Source: a virus (Duplodnaviria > Caudoviricetes). Taken from it: a stretch of 64,000 bases of DNA. The notes beneath the pieces were generated by a model. The model had not been told where the DNA came from, ran no database searches, and saw only the letters and a program-made list of their open reading frames with translations. Position numbers and translations under genes: made by a program. The stretch is taken from positions 2,975-66,974 of IMG/VR virus record IMGVR_UViG_3300037067_010056. One strand, written 5' to 3'. This document shows positions 47,721-57,357 of this stretch, in pieces. How positions within the stretch are numbered: position 1 is the first letter of the stretch; every line of letters begins with the position of its first letter.

Positions 47721-48107
47721 TTACTTTCCTTTTGCCTCATCCTTGATGTAATCGAGAACCACTCTACGAATACCTTTGAAGGCCTCGTCTTGATTTTTGT
47801 CAAGCCAACTCAGGCTTGGAAACTCGATGCAGGTCCCCATGAACTCGCTATCCTCCTCGGACCATGCCACTTGGTAGGTATAGTGATCAGCATTGAGAAC
47901 AATAGGGTGGCGTGCAAACGGCTTGAGATGATCGAATACATCCCGGTCAACGAAATCGTCATCCTCAGGGTTGGCATGGCCTGAGGTAATCTGGTCTTGG
48001 TACCCAGCTTCACGACAGATCCGACAGATCCATTCGAACTTGGGTGGCGCGGGTGGGTTCTGAAACGTTGGTCTACCACTGAATATCTTGGTGTGATTGC
48101 AGGGCAT
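47721..48107 (-). CDS. Zn-finger plus HicB-like antitoxin domain protein
   Basis: YTYQVAWSEEDSEFMGTCIEFPSLSWL..QDEAFKGIR. Confidence 0.7.
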   Translation of the reverse strand: MPCNHTKIFSGRPTFQNPPAPPKFEWICRICREAGYQDQITSGHANPEDDDFVDRDVFDHLKPFARHPIVLNADHYTYQVAWSEEDSEFMGTCIEFPSLSWLDKNQDEAFKGIRRVVLDYIKDEAKGK

Positions 48108-48110
48108 TGC

Positions 48111-48512
48111 CTACTCCGAGCGGGTTTTCATGTTGTCTACAGCTGAGTTCACGCCCTGTATGAAGGCGGTCCCGCTAATCTTGTTGATGAGTGTGACGAA
48201 TACATCTCTTGGTATGAGCCCTGCTGTCACTGAGGAGAACACGGCATCGGAAACTGCCTCCAACGTGACTCCATCCTCACCAAGGTCATACTGCTCAGCA
48301 AGCCGGTACAGGCGCTTCATCTCATCCCATTGACTCACCAGTTGAAATGATTCTCGTTTGAGCTTCTGGTTAGTGATACCGTCGAAGGATCTATTGAATT
48401 TCCGAGTGCCCCCCTCAAGCCAACTCACCCGAACAAACTTACCCCCCATGTCACGATAGACAGTACCTTCGGTATCGATTGAGAAGTCAGTCCTATTAGC
48501 CGTAGAGTCCAT
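48111..48512 (-). CDS. Hypothetical protein
   Basis: ATG 6 nt after class A motif. Confidence 0.75.
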   Translation of the reverse strand: MDSTANRTDFSIDTEGTVYRDMGGKFVRVSWLEGGTRKFNRSFDGITNQKLKRESFQLVSQWDEMKRLYRLAEQYDLGEDGVTLEAVSDAVFSSVTAGLIPRDVFVTLINKISGTAFIQGVNSAVDNMKTRSE

Positions 48513-48615
48513 TCCCAGTATTACGCATTGATTGCATGGATCTCAACTACTTTAGTGGGTCATGGGTATTATTATTTGCTTTTACACTCCAAGTGTGCGT
48601 AATCTCTCGTCCGAT

Positions 48616-49638
48616 ATGGGAAGTTTCAATCAAGTATGCATGCTCTCAGGCCTACCTATCACCTACGAGGACCCGGTACGGGCGCTCCTTGTGTCGGAGC
48701 ACTATCGGGCTACCTTGGGGAAGGCTACGTGCGACTATTCGTCAAAGTACCTCCCAAGGACGTTCCCCATACGTGGAATCTATAACGATTACGGAAGACT
48801 AGATGAGATCAAGGATGACGTGTTCAAGCGCCTCTGGGTCCAGGGGCTGCATACGGACATGTTTGAGCTTAGTGTCGGGAAGAACCCATGTCACGACATC
48901 GCGGTGACTCGGGACATGGACTTCGACCAGCTCTGGGAGGCCATCTGGGAAGAGCGGCTCATCGTTCCAGGTCACTGGAGCTACGGGAAAGAGAACCGTA
49001 CAAGTATACAGTCACCCTCGGTAGCGGAGCCTGAAGACCTTCCCTTTGGGATTAGGAACGTGCGGGTCCAAGTAGCCATAATCCGGGAGGATGTTTGGCA
49101 GACGATGATGGCCTACCCGTTTAAGTCCTGGCGGGATGACTTTCCAACCTCTTTAGAATCCCTGAAGACCCTTGTTGCCAGCTACTGGACCGAATGTCAG
49201 AGTATGTTGGCATCAGCAACCCCTATCGAAAATCTAACTACGGCTGAGGATCTGTCCTCAGCGTTTATCAGGGGGACGGACATCTACTCAATTCGGAGCA
49301 CCATCCAAGGCTCTTCAAATCGTCGTAGGCATGACCACTACCTGGCCAGTTGTATCCGGGATGAGTGTGGGCTTGGGTTAGGGTCCCATTGGTTGATGGC
49401 GCTCGAAGGCGCAGTCAAGCCTGAAGAGCTACCCGAGTTTCTGTCGGGTGTGTCCGAGATGATCTGGTTCGAGATTGTGAACAACTTCCGGGGTCGGGGT
49501 AACCTATGGAAGCCTTCCTACGCGGGTGGTCAAGACCGCCCCTGGAAGACCTGGTTGAGATACCACCAGGATATGATGGGCATACTCGATGGTATCATCA
49601 AGAGGGAGACCGAGGAGGGCTACGACGGAGAAGAGTGA
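48616..49638 (+). CDS. Hypothetical protein (MGSFNQVCMLSGLPI...)
   Basis: Long ORF; start moved to the internal ATG. Confidence 0.8.
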   Translation: MGSFNQVCMLSGLPITYEDPVRALLVSEHYRATLGKATCDYSSKYLPRTFPIRGIYNDYGRLDEIKDDVFKRLWVQGLHTDMFELSVGKNPCHDIAVTRDMDFDQLWEAIWEERLIVPGHWSYGKENRTSIQSPSVAEPEDLPFGIRNVRVQVAIIREDVWQTMMAYPFKSWRDDFPTSLESLKTLVASYWTECQSMLASATPIENLTTAEDLSSAFIRGTDIYSIRSTIQGSSNRRRHDHYLASCIRDECGLGLGSHWLMALEGAVKPEELPEFLSGVSEMIWFEIVNNFRGRGNLWKPSYAGGQDRPWKTWLRYHQDMMGILDGIIKRETEEGYDGEE

Positions 49639-49850
49639 TGCCAGAAACCCCTGAAGTTCTACGAGCTATTAGAGAGTCGGTCAAGTGCCCAGGAACTACA
49701 TCATTTCAATGTGACGCAAACGGTAAGCCCTATCTGTGCATCAGCATCAGTAAGGGTGAATCGATGCAGATCCCCACTGACAACTTCACAGTGGACTGCA
49801 TGCGGGCAGTTATCGAGGCCTTTGAAGTTCAACGTAAGATTATGAGGTAG
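49638..49850 (+). CDS. Hypothetical protein
   Basis: TGATG overlap. Confidence 0.55.
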   Translation: MPETPEVLRAIRESVKCPGTTSFQCDANGKPYLCISISKGESMQIPTDNFTVDCMRAVIEAFEVQRKIMR

Positions 49851-50100
49851 CTCCAAGCTCGTCTTTGGCTAGTTTGATTAGGTACCTCATCACAAGCCAA
49901 TCCTCGACACAGTCACCCGAGGACTCATACCACTTGTCATCGTCTTTCATGAACTTCACGAACCCTTCCTTGAAGCTATTAACCTCTTCAGCGGTCAGCC
50001 CCTGCTTGGTCAGGTTGAAGTCATTGCACCCGTGGTTACTGAATTCCCTGGCCGCTTCTTCCAATACTTGAGTTAAAACCTTCAGTTGTGCCTTGTCCAT
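49840..50100 (-). CDS. Hypothetical protein
   Basis: ATG 9 nt after GGTGTA in a palindrome. Confidence 0.7.
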   Translation of the reverse strand: MDKAQLKVLTQVLEEAAREFSNHGCNDFNLTKQGLTAEEVNSFKEGFVKFMKDDDKWYESSGDCVEDWLVMRYLIKLAKDELGATS

Positions 50101-50104
50101 TCAC

Positions 50105-50116
50105 TGGTGTACACCA
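50105..50116. promoter_or_regulatory. Palindromic TGGTGTACACCA, back-to-back class B motifs
   Basis: Lies 9 nt and 8 nt from the divergent ATGs at 50100 and 50120. Confidence 0.6.
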
Positions 50117-50119
50117 ATC

Positions 50120-50251
50120 ATGCACTTTTGCGGAAACCCATTTCATGATCTTCCCTTTTATCTGGTGACAGTGCTACCGTTCATAGGTACAATTATCGCC
50201 TGGGTTCGCTCAATGAAGATTCGAGTTCAAGCGGCCCTCAAAGGCAAGTAA
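50120..50251 (+). CDS. 43-aa membrane peptide, not in ORF track
   Basis: MHFCGNPFHDLPFYLVTVLPFIGTIIAWV...; stop abuts the next start. Confidence 0.6.
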   Translation: MHFCGNPFHDLPFYLVTVLPFIGTIIAWVRSMKIRVQAALKGK

Positions 50252-50668
50252 GTGTCTTGGTTCGAGTACGGTACCCCAGAGAAAAGGTCCTGGCGCAAGG
50301 GCGTTGCCCTACGAGTACGGGATCTACCCCCGGATCTCCTGGCCTACGTCAAAAAGTACAAAGGGCGGTTCCAACAGATCCTCTATGTCTTGGTCGTTGA
50401 GATCAAGAACGACGGCCATGTCCTCCTTGAGTATCATTGCGGTAGTCGAATCCTGTCACCAAAACAGACGGTGATCACTCAACATGTCAAAGAGAACCCA
50501 GCGTGGATTTGTGAGGGTGACCTTGGTCGCGGGTATGTTGAGGAGAGACCAAAGAGGAAACCTTCCAAGCTCAAAGCGGTCCAGGCTGAGCTTGATGCAT
50601 TGAAGGCCAAGGTTATCTGCCATCATGGGCACATTAGACCCTGCCATATTTGTGACAACGATGAATGA
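50252..50668 (+). CDS. Hypothetical protein
   Basis: Operon member. Confidence 0.7.
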   Translation: MSWFEYGTPEKRSWRKGVALRVRDLPPDLLAYVKKYKGRFQQILYVLVVEIKNDGHVLLEYHCGSRILSPKQTVITQHVKENPAWICEGDLGRGYVEERPKRKPSKLKAVQAELDALKAKVICHHGHIRPCHICDNDE

Positions 50669-50949
50669 GGTCCCAAGTGATTGAAGACGAAGTTCAGAGG
50701 CTACCTGAGGTCCTCCAAGAGGCTGGACGAGAAGTACTCACCAAACTCGACGAGTACTTCCATGAGCCGGTCCTAGTCAAGCCAGACGAGGAGCGGCCTT
50801 GGATGTGGGCCTTTGCAATCCAAACTCGATTGCCGGCGACTGAAGCCGAAGCACTCTTTGATCTGTTCTTCGACGAGTACTGGAACGAGGTAGACGATCC
50901 AAAGCGTCTTGAGGGTATTCTTGTGACCTTAGAGTATCCTCATGCCTGA
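50665..50949 (+). CDS. Acidic hypothetical protein
   Basis: ATGA overlap. Confidence 0.7.
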   Translation: MRSQVIEDEVQRLPEVLQEAGREVLTKLDEYFHEPVLVKPDEERPWMWAFAIQTRLPATEAEALFDLFFDEYWNEVDDPKRLEGILVTLEYPHA

Positions 50950-51394
50950 CCCATACAATCTCAACAACTCTCCGATCAGGGTCGCGCACGCTGAACTCGA
51001 ACGCTATGGTGAGGACAGCGCCTATAAGTCAAAGTGTCCTGTGTGCGAGGGTGGTATCCTTCTGGTCACTCGACTCCAATCCGATGGGCTCAAGCTATCT
51101 AGGTATGATAGTTGTGTATCCTGCGGTCAAACCTTTTTCTACACGGATGACACGATCAACGGTGAGGAGTTCAGCAAGAGGTGCCCCTTCCCCATGTTCG
51201 AGCTAGTGGGTCCTCCCTGCGAGCTCCCAGGGTGCAATGGAGTTCTCGTCAACACTATCGCACTCAAGACCCAGATCTTCTCTAAGAAGTGTAGTGTCTG
51301 TCACGCTGAGTTCAACAAGATGCCGGTCAAGGATGCGATGGCTTGGGCTGTTCATACTATCGAACGTGTGTTCAAAGGTGAAGGTACTAACTAA
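50942..51394 (+). CDS. Multi-Zn-ribbon protein
   Basis: CPVC, CVSC, CELPGC, CSVC. Confidence 0.75.
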   Translation: MPDPYNLNNSPIRVAHAELERYGEDSAYKSKCPVCEGGILLVTRLQSDGLKLSRYDSCVSCGQTFFYTDDTINGEEFSKRCPFPMFELVGPPCELPGCNGVLVNTIALKTQIFSKKCSVCHAEFNKMPVKDAMAWAVHTIERVFKGEGTN

Positions 51395-51396
51395 CA

Positions 51397-51675
51397 ATGG
51401 CTATTCGCAGGTCTCGTGACAAGAAGTTCTTGGGCTTCTTGCTCAAGTCCAGCCCAAACTTGAGTAGGGTTTGGATGAATGAGGATGTAACAGGAGATCC
51501 ATTCATCTGTATCGCTCATCGGGTTGATCTCTGGGAAATTACTGTGGCCGTGAACAAATACAGGTTCGAAGGGAAAGGCCATACAGAGTCGAAGGCTCGC
51601 ATCGATTTTGCAAACAACTTCGTGGCGCTTCGTCAGGCCATCGGCTTGGTTGATAGTTGGGCAAGTAGAGAGTGA
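51397..51675 (+). CDS. Hypothetical protein
   Basis: Operon member. Confidence 0.65.
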   Translation: MAIRRSRDKKFLGFLLKSSPNLSRVWMNEDVTGDPFICIAHRVDLWEITVAVNKYRFEGKGHTESKARIDFANNFVALRQAIGLVDSWASRE

Positions 51676-51678
51676 TCT

Positions 51679-52032
51679 ATGGGAACGACTACAGATGCAT
51701 ACTTGGTTTACGGAGTCAGAATCGAAAGTGATTCATTGAACTCAGATGGTGGTTGGCGTGCCGAAGAAGGGACCCCCAAGTGGATGCTCTACAACGTGCA
51801 TGAGCACGATGGGCTACGTATTCAGGCTCACTGCAGTAGTGAGTTCCCTGAGTTTATTGTCTGCTCAGCTACACCCCGGTATGTGGCCAGCCGAGGGTAC
51901 CCAGAGAGTATTGACCCAAGACAACTGGTGGTGCCCGAAGGGACGGACGACAAGATCCTGGCCTATTGCAAGAAGCACGGACTCAAGACCGAGGGAAACG
52001 TAAGCTGGCTTCTCTGTAGTTATTGGGGTTGA
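51679..52032 (+). CDS. Hypothetical protein
   Basis: Operon member. Confidence 0.7.
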   Translation: MGTTTDAYLVYGVRIESDSLNSDGGWRAEEGTPKWMLYNVHEHDGLRIQAHCSSEFPEFIVCSATPRYVASRGYPESIDPRQLVVPEGTDDKILAYCKKHGLKTEGNVSWLLCSYWG

Positions 52033-52061
52033 TGTAGTCTACTTATCGTGCCACCTAAAGC

Positions 52062-53477
52062 ATGGTCCTTGATGTCCTAGCCTTGAGGGTAGCAGCCCGG
52101 TACAAGATAGCTGCCGAAGCCGCCTTGTGGAATGCAGCTGTCAAAGAGGTGAGCGCATTCAACAAGAACTATGCGAAGCTTCAGAAGCTCTCGGCCCCGG
52201 TTAAGGACAACGATGTGAAGCTCTTGATGACTTTCTCTAGTGGGCCTCAGGGAGGCCTACCGGGAAGTCATAGTTCTAGTCTTACTCGTTGGGCACAGGT
52301 ATGTGCTCCGATAGAGTTGAAGGACCAGACTGAAGACTTGCTCGCAAGCCGAGCTACCTTGAGGGATAAATTTGTCCTTGATGTTGCGGACAACAAGGAG
52401 CCACTCGATGAACTAGTGAAGCGGGTTGAGGCTCACACAAGTATCGTCCAGTACCTCATGTCCAGTGTCACTACGGCCTCCTTCACGTACCAGGGATTTA
52501 AAGTATCAAACCCAGAGCGGATGTCAGATGGTTTCTGTCGTCAGACACTTGAAGGGGTTGATTACTTGAAGGCTCTCTTCAAGAAGCGTGGGGTAGACAA
52601 GGCACTGTATGATGGGATAGCAGAGATCAGTCTGGTCCCGGATAACTCCTACCTCAGTAACAAGAAGGCATCTGGTCAGTACTTTGCTACTGCGAGGAAG
52701 ATATATTTGAGTGGATCTATCGGCGGTGACCGCAAGGGCAGGTTCATCAAGTGGGTGAACGAGGTTTTCCTCCATGAGTTCGGACACTTCGTGCACATGA
52801 CGTTCATCTCAGGAGAAGCTCGGGCTGACTGGGATGCTGGGTGGTTGGCACAGACCGGCGAAGGTGAGATCCTGAATGTGACTCAGGGTGACCGCCAGAG
52901 ACTGTTCGGACTACTAAAAGGAAAAGACTTCGACCTGGCAGCCACTTACAAGAAGCTTGACCCCTCAGACAAGGAGCGATTCAGAGTGTGGTTAGGTGAC
53001 TCGCCTTTGGGTTATGCCATTGCAGTACCTAGTGGTAAGTCAGGGTTCAAACCAACCCGTCGAGGTCAGGACATTCTTGAGAAGATTGAGTTCCCTGATC
53101 GCTTGCCTGACTATGGGCCCAGTGGGATGAAGCCCTCTGACGTAGAGTTCGAGAAGAAGAAGATCACTGAAGCTATAGATCGGTTGGGATTGGACAATCC
53201 CATAGTGCTCGAAGTACCCAAGGGCAAATCGGAGATGAGTGACTTGGGTATTGTCTCCGATTACGGGGCCACCGATGAGCAAGAGGACTTTGCCGAGACG
53301 TTCGTTGCCTTCATGAGCGCTCCCGAGAAGCTGACTCCGACCTCGAAGTTCCGGATGCAGAGAGCCTTATCACTATCAGGGCTCTACGGGAAGCCAGTGA
53401 TGAAGCTTGCAGAGGACCTCATCGTGGATGCTGTAGCTCACCGGTACCTGCAAGCGTCTGGCCACTCACAGGACTAG
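52062..53477 (+). CDS. HEXXH zincin-like metallopeptidase, probable virion protein
   Basis: HEFGH plus SDYG...EDFAETF; LRVAARY at N-terminus and AVAHRY at C-terminus. Confidence 0.7.
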   Translation: MVLDVLALRVAARYKIAAEAALWNAAVKEVSAFNKNYAKLQKLSAPVKDNDVKLLMTFSSGPQGGLPGSHSSSLTRWAQVCAPIELKDQTEDLLASRATLRDKFVLDVADNKEPLDELVKRVEAHTSIVQYLMSSVTTASFTYQGFKVSNPERMSDGFCRQTLEGVDYLKALFKKRGVDKALYDGIAEISLVPDNSYLSNKKASGQYFATARKIYLSGSIGGDRKGRFIKWVNEVFLHEFGHFVHMTFISGEARADWDAGWLAQTGEGEILNVTQGDRQRLFGLLKGKDFDLAATYKKLDPSDKERFRVWLGDSPLGYAIAVPSGKSGFKPTRRGQDILEKIEFPDRLPDYGPSGMKPSDVEFEKKKITEAIDRLGLDNPIVLEVPKGKSEMSDLGIVSDYGATDEQEDFAETFVAFMSAPEKLTPTSKFRMQRALSLSGLYGKPVMKLAEDLIVDAVAHRYLQASGHSQD

Positions 53478-53906
53478 AGAGATCCCGTACTTGTGCTTGT
53501 TCAGGATACTGATTGCACGAATCTTGTCAGCATTCGGGTAGTGGTCGAATAGAGCGAAACGGGAGAACTTACCACAGAAGAATGCAGAGATATTAGCGTT
53601 ATCTCCAAGTATGGTTGGTGGTGTACTCGCAAAATCAACTGTGTTCGGGGTAAACGCAGCGTGAGTTGAGTTACCGTTATACCTGGATTGCCACGAGTTT
53701 GTTTTGCTCATGACCTGGTATTCAAAGGGTTGGGCAGAAGATCCACTGGTGAGGTATCCTGTATTTCTGAAGGCTGTATTGCCAAAGCCATCATAGATCC
53801 CAGGCCCACCATAGTCAGTGCTAATTGGAACAAATGAGCAGTTACCCTGGGCGCCACCTAGTCCCTTCTCTTCTCGTGGGCTTAGGTTCGATTCTACGCT
53901 GCTCAT
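53466..53906 (-). CDS. Hypothetical protein, beta-rich
   Basis: ATG 6 nt after class A motif. Confidence 0.7.
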   Translation of the reverse strand: MSSVESNLSPREEKGLGGAQGNCSFVPISTDYGGPGIYDGFGNTAFRNTGYLTSGSSAQPFEYQVMSKTNSWQSRYNGNSTHAAFTPNTVDFASTPPTILGDNANISAFFCGKFSRFALFDHYPNADKIRAISILNKHKYGISLVL

Positions 53907-54056
53907 ATCTAGTATTACGCATGAGGAGGTCAGACCTCAACAAGTCTCACGTAATATGTGGGTTTAGGTATCAGTGCAACAGTCAGTGCGAAGATAACCA
54001 CTACTGCTGTCCATGGTAAACACTCAAGTCATCACAACGGGAAATCTAAAGTAGGT

Positions 54057-55034
54057 CTAGATCACCCTATAGGAGTAGGTTGAGGTATCAAGAGCTATAC
54101 CTACTACAGAGAAACCGACTCCAGCTGATATAGTGACGATCGGGGGTGCCCCTGGTGTCCCACCTCGGGTTAATGGAGTTACGACAACAAAGTTTGATGC
54201 AGTGATCCCAGTGAAGGCTACGGCAACTGGAGTTGCGCCGTTGAGCACGAAGGTGCCTTGTTGTGCATTTGCACTCGGTAATGCGAGGTTTGCAGTCATC
54301 ACTCGATTGCCAGTACCTGTAGTGCTGACTGCTACGAACAGACCGTTACCGAATACCACTGAACCCCAGTTATTATCAGCAGCACTTGTCCTAATGGTCC
54401 AATTGATCCCATCAGGTGAGGTCATCACTCGATTGCCAACTCCGTCAATACTTGTAGCAACGAACAACCCATTCCCGTGTGTCACACTACGCCAGCTATT
54501 ATCAGCAGCACTAGTGCGAATTACCCAAGAGCTTAGTACATTAGTGTAGTTTACGTCACTGTCACGTTCGGTGATTGGGTTAACCCATTGAGCAGCTGTT
54601 CCACTGGTAGCTGTGAGGACTTGACCAGCAGTCGGGGCCGCAGCGGCCGAGACTGCTACCACTGTTGAAGAGGTTCTGATCCCAGAAGCCGTACGGTCGT
54701 CAGATAGACGAGGATCACTGGTCTGAACAGTGTTCTGAGGGATCTCGGCTTCGATCTCTGTTCGCAACTCATCAAGACCACCTGCGGTCAATACAGCCAC
54801 CACTGATGCTCCAGCAGAATGAGTTGTTGGGGTCGTCCCTTCTATACCCCTAGTGACGGTCCAGGTAGCTCCTGAGACTCCAGTAACCAACATGAGCTCT
54901 TGACCAACCCCAATCCTGAATTCAGGCTGAGTTGGAAATCGAGTCGTGCTCTGAACCGTGATGCTTAGATCATCAGCTTCAATCGAGGCGGCCAGGCTAG
55001 TTGAGCCACGAGTAACGAATCTCTCCGTAGTCAT
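54057..55034 (-). CDS. Putative tail/virion structural protein with beta-propeller-type repeats
   Basis: VTRGIEGTT..HSAGASV N-domain; two W.IRTSAADN.W.SV..GNGLFVA.S..G.GNRVMT repeats. Confidence 0.7.
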   Translation of the reverse strand: MTTERFVTRGSTSLAASIEADDLSITVQSTTRFPTQPEFRIGVGQELMLVTGVSGATWTVTRGIEGTTPTTHSAGASVVAVLTAGGLDELRTEIEAEIPQNTVQTSDPRLSDDRTASGIRTSSTVVAVSAAAAPTAGQVLTATSGTAAQWVNPITERDSDVNYTNVLSSWVIRTSAADNSWRSVTHGNGLFVATSIDGVGNRVMTSPDGINWTIRTSAADNNWGSVVFGNGLFVAVSTTGTGNRVMTANLALPSANAQQGTFVLNGATPVAVAFTGITASNFVVVTPLTRGGTPGAPPIVTISAGVGFSVVGIALDTSTYSYRVI

Positions 55035-55081
55035 GCTGAAGGAGCTTCATAAGAGCTTCCTCAACATGAACATTCATTTGG

Positions 55082-55756
55082 TCACAACGGGAAGTCGAGG
55101 GGTTGATCAAGAGCCCCATTAGTAAGAGTTTCTTCGGGACCCGGTGTGGGCGGCTGGATTTCGTCCACCGTATCACAGGTTTGAGCCCAGACGATTGAAC
55201 CATTGAAGGCTAGGTAGTTGGGGATAACCTGACTACCCAATACCAAGAAGTTCGGTTGGAACAATCCCGGGTCAACTCCAGGCTCAACCGCCCAAGGCTC
55301 CGGATTACGATCCCCTACTTGAAGTATGGCGGTTGAATTCTGATGGATAGGCACATCCAAGTTGTATGAGAATCGAACCTTGATCTGAGTACCTTGAGAG
55401 TTGGCTGACCCACTTGGAAGCCCAACCCCTAGGATGGTGCCAACCCCATCGATAGATAGGTAGGCCATTGGACGGTTGGAGTCATCCAGCGCGATACCAA
55501 CGAACTTCGTCGGATTTGGCCATTGATCAACGAAGAATGCTACCGAGCGATTTGCTCCAGGAGCTCCAAGAACAAGGAGTACCTCTATCGTACCTTTGTC
55601 CGTCACACCCAGTTGTTGGATTGAGTAAGAACCAGGGTCCCCAGTGACAAGCAAACCAGGCCCCTTCAGAGGTTGGACCACGTTGAAGTGTAGTGAAGGC
55701 GAGTAGTCGACTACGCCTATTAGGCCCGTTGGGTAGTAAATCTTGAGTTCAGTCAT
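55082..55756 (-). CDS. Putative structural protein, beta-rich
   Basis: Start MTELK overlaps the TAA of the mini-ORF. Confidence 0.65.
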   Translation of the reverse strand: MTELKIYYPTGLIGVVDYSPSLHFNVVQPLKGPGLLVTGDPGSYSIQQLGVTDKGTIEVLLVLGAPGANRSVAFFVDQWPNPTKFVGIALDDSNRPMAYLSIDGVGTILGVGLPSGSANSQGTQIKVRFSYNLDVPIHQNSTAILQVGDRNPEPWAVEPGVDPGLFQPNFLVLGSQVIPNYLAFNGSIVWAQTCDTVDEIQPPTPGPEETLTNGALDQPLDFPL

Positions 55757-55809
55757 TAGATCACCCTGTCCGAGGTCAGGTCCTGGGTCATGAACCGCTC
55801 CGTCGTCAT
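55756..55809 (-). pseudogene. 17-aa mini-ORF MTTERFMTQDLTSDRVI, remnant of a 54057-like gene
   Basis: Same first six and last three residues, and the same upstream 15-mer, as 54057-55034. Confidence 0.55.
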
Positions 55810-55925
55810 ACTGAATAGAAGCGCATAAGAGCTTCCTCGTGAGGTTGATGGGCCGCACCAATCGGGTTTTATTTGTTAGTTGTTGTGCGGGTAGCCGCTA
55901 TTATGCTAATCTCAACCGGATTACG

Positions 55926-56678
55926 ATGCATTTAGACAACCAGCAAAGAATACGGTACGAGCGGCACATCATGCTCCCCGAGGTAGGAGAGGCTGGTCAA
56001 GTACGTTTACTGAAAAGCAAGGTGCTCCTCGTTGGCGCGGGAGGGCTTGGTTCACCCATTGCGCTCTACTTGGCGGCCGCTGGCGTCGGTACTCTGGGCG
56101 TCGTGGACAACGACTCAGTGAGCCTGTCGAACCTCCAGAGACAGGTTATCCACACTCAAGTAGGCAAGCTCAAGGTCCCTAGCGTCACAGAAGCAATCCA
56201 GAGACTGACCCCGGACGTTTCGACCATCGAGTACCTAGGGCGGATGACTGCAGCCAATGCAGATCAATACTTCAATGTGAACTACGATCTCGTCATCGAT
56301 GCTTGTGATAATCTAGCCACACGGTATATAATCAACGAGAACTGTGTGAAGCGTAAGATCCCTTGGATACATGGGGCGGTCTCGCGATACGAGGGTCAAG
56401 TGACCACGTTCACGTTCGGAACGGCTTGTTATCGATGCTTGTACCCAGATTTAGACATCCTCTTCGGGGGCGGTCGTCCACCTCGTTCTGGTGGCGTGCT
56501 CGGAGTTGTCCCGGGGATGATTGGCATGATACAAGCAACAGAAGCACTCAAGCTACTTCTCAAAATAGGGGACTCTCTATCGGGCCGGATGATTATCTTC
56601 GACGCCCTGAGTATGCGGTTCCAAGAGATGAAGCTCCGCCCCAGGTCAACAAGTTGTCCCGCCTGCAATGGAATTTGA
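55926..56678 (+). CDS. moeB: MoeB/ThiF-family E1-like adenylyltransferase
   Basis: RY.RHI.LPEVG..GQ, GAGGLGSP, SNLQRQ, CYRC, CPAC. Confidence 0.85.
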   Translation: MHLDNQQRIRYERHIMLPEVGEAGQVRLLKSKVLLVGAGGLGSPIALYLAAAGVGTLGVVDNDSVSLSNLQRQVIHTQVGKLKVPSVTEAIQRLTPDVSTIEYLGRMTAANADQYFNVNYDLVIDACDNLATRYIINENCVKRKIPWIHGAVSRYEGQVTTFTFGTACYRCLYPDLDILFGGGRPPRSGGVLGVVPGMIGMIQATEALKLLLKIGDSLSGRMIIFDALSMRFQEMKLRPRSTSCPACNGI

Positions 56679-57107
56679 ATGTCAACTGCTGAAGATATTG
56701 CACCCCTCATAGCTAGTAACCTCAATGTTCAGAAGGCGATGAGAAGGTATGCTACGATTCGAATAGACCTAGATGACTTCGATGGGGATCGACGAGGGAT
56801 AGCTGAGGCTTTGGATGAGGCGGAGATCGCCCTTGTCACTGAGATCCTCTTGTGTCGACTTGATGCTGAGCACCGAGTATCACAACCTATTCCGAAGTTG
56901 AGCTTCACTAAGAAGGGAATACTGAAAGGATTTACCTGCTGTAAGAACGTTGCCCAAGGGCAGGAACCGTTCAAAGCTTGTGGTAAAAAAGTCACTAACC
57001 TGTATGCTCACAACGGGCACGTCAATGAGGGACTCTGCGGATACTGCAAGGATCACAACTACGTCTGTGGGGTTCTACTATGGAGCCAACCTAAAGAGGA
57101 TGTATGA
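56679..57107 (+). CDS. Hypothetical protein with Cys-rich C-terminus
   Basis: Directly follows moeB. Confidence 0.7.
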   Translation: MSTAEDIAPLIASNLNVQKAMRRYATIRIDLDDFDGDRRGIAEALDEAEIALVTEILLCRLDAEHRVSQPIPKLSFTKKGILKGFTCCKNVAQGQEPFKACGKKVTNLYAHNGHVNEGLCGYCKDHNYVCGVLLWSQPKEDV

Positions 57108-57355
57108 AGACTGATGTCATCCCACTTCGATGGGTCGAGGACACTGAGAAATGGGCCAAGCTAGTCTTCGGAGGTGGGATCACCAAGAGAGAGCTGACCT
57201 ACCTGGGCGCTACGATCCATGCTGACTTCGAGTTGAGCTACGAGAGTCTAGCCCCATACGTGACCAAGGTACTTGACCTGGCAGCTCCGTTGGAGGGGGC
57301 TGGACTAACCATCAAGCTGATTGAGATCAAAGGTGGAGAGGTAAAGGTCTGGTAG
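57104..57355 (+). CDS. Hypothetical protein
   Basis: ATGA overlap. Confidence 0.7.
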   Translation: MKTDVIPLRWVEDTEKWAKLVFGGGITKRELTYLGATIHADFELSYESLAPYVTKVLDLAAPLEGAGLTIKLIEIKGGEVKVW

Positions 57356-57357
57356 AC

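Noticed and set aside
53881-53900. GGTTCGATTC T-loop-like sequence (also 7613 and 11156)
   Set aside because: Inside coding regions, with no cloverleaf stems.
55926-56678. MoeB as the direct activator of the -VI tag
   Set aside because: Known E1-like enzymes require a C-terminal Gly-Gly; kept only as a weak possibility.
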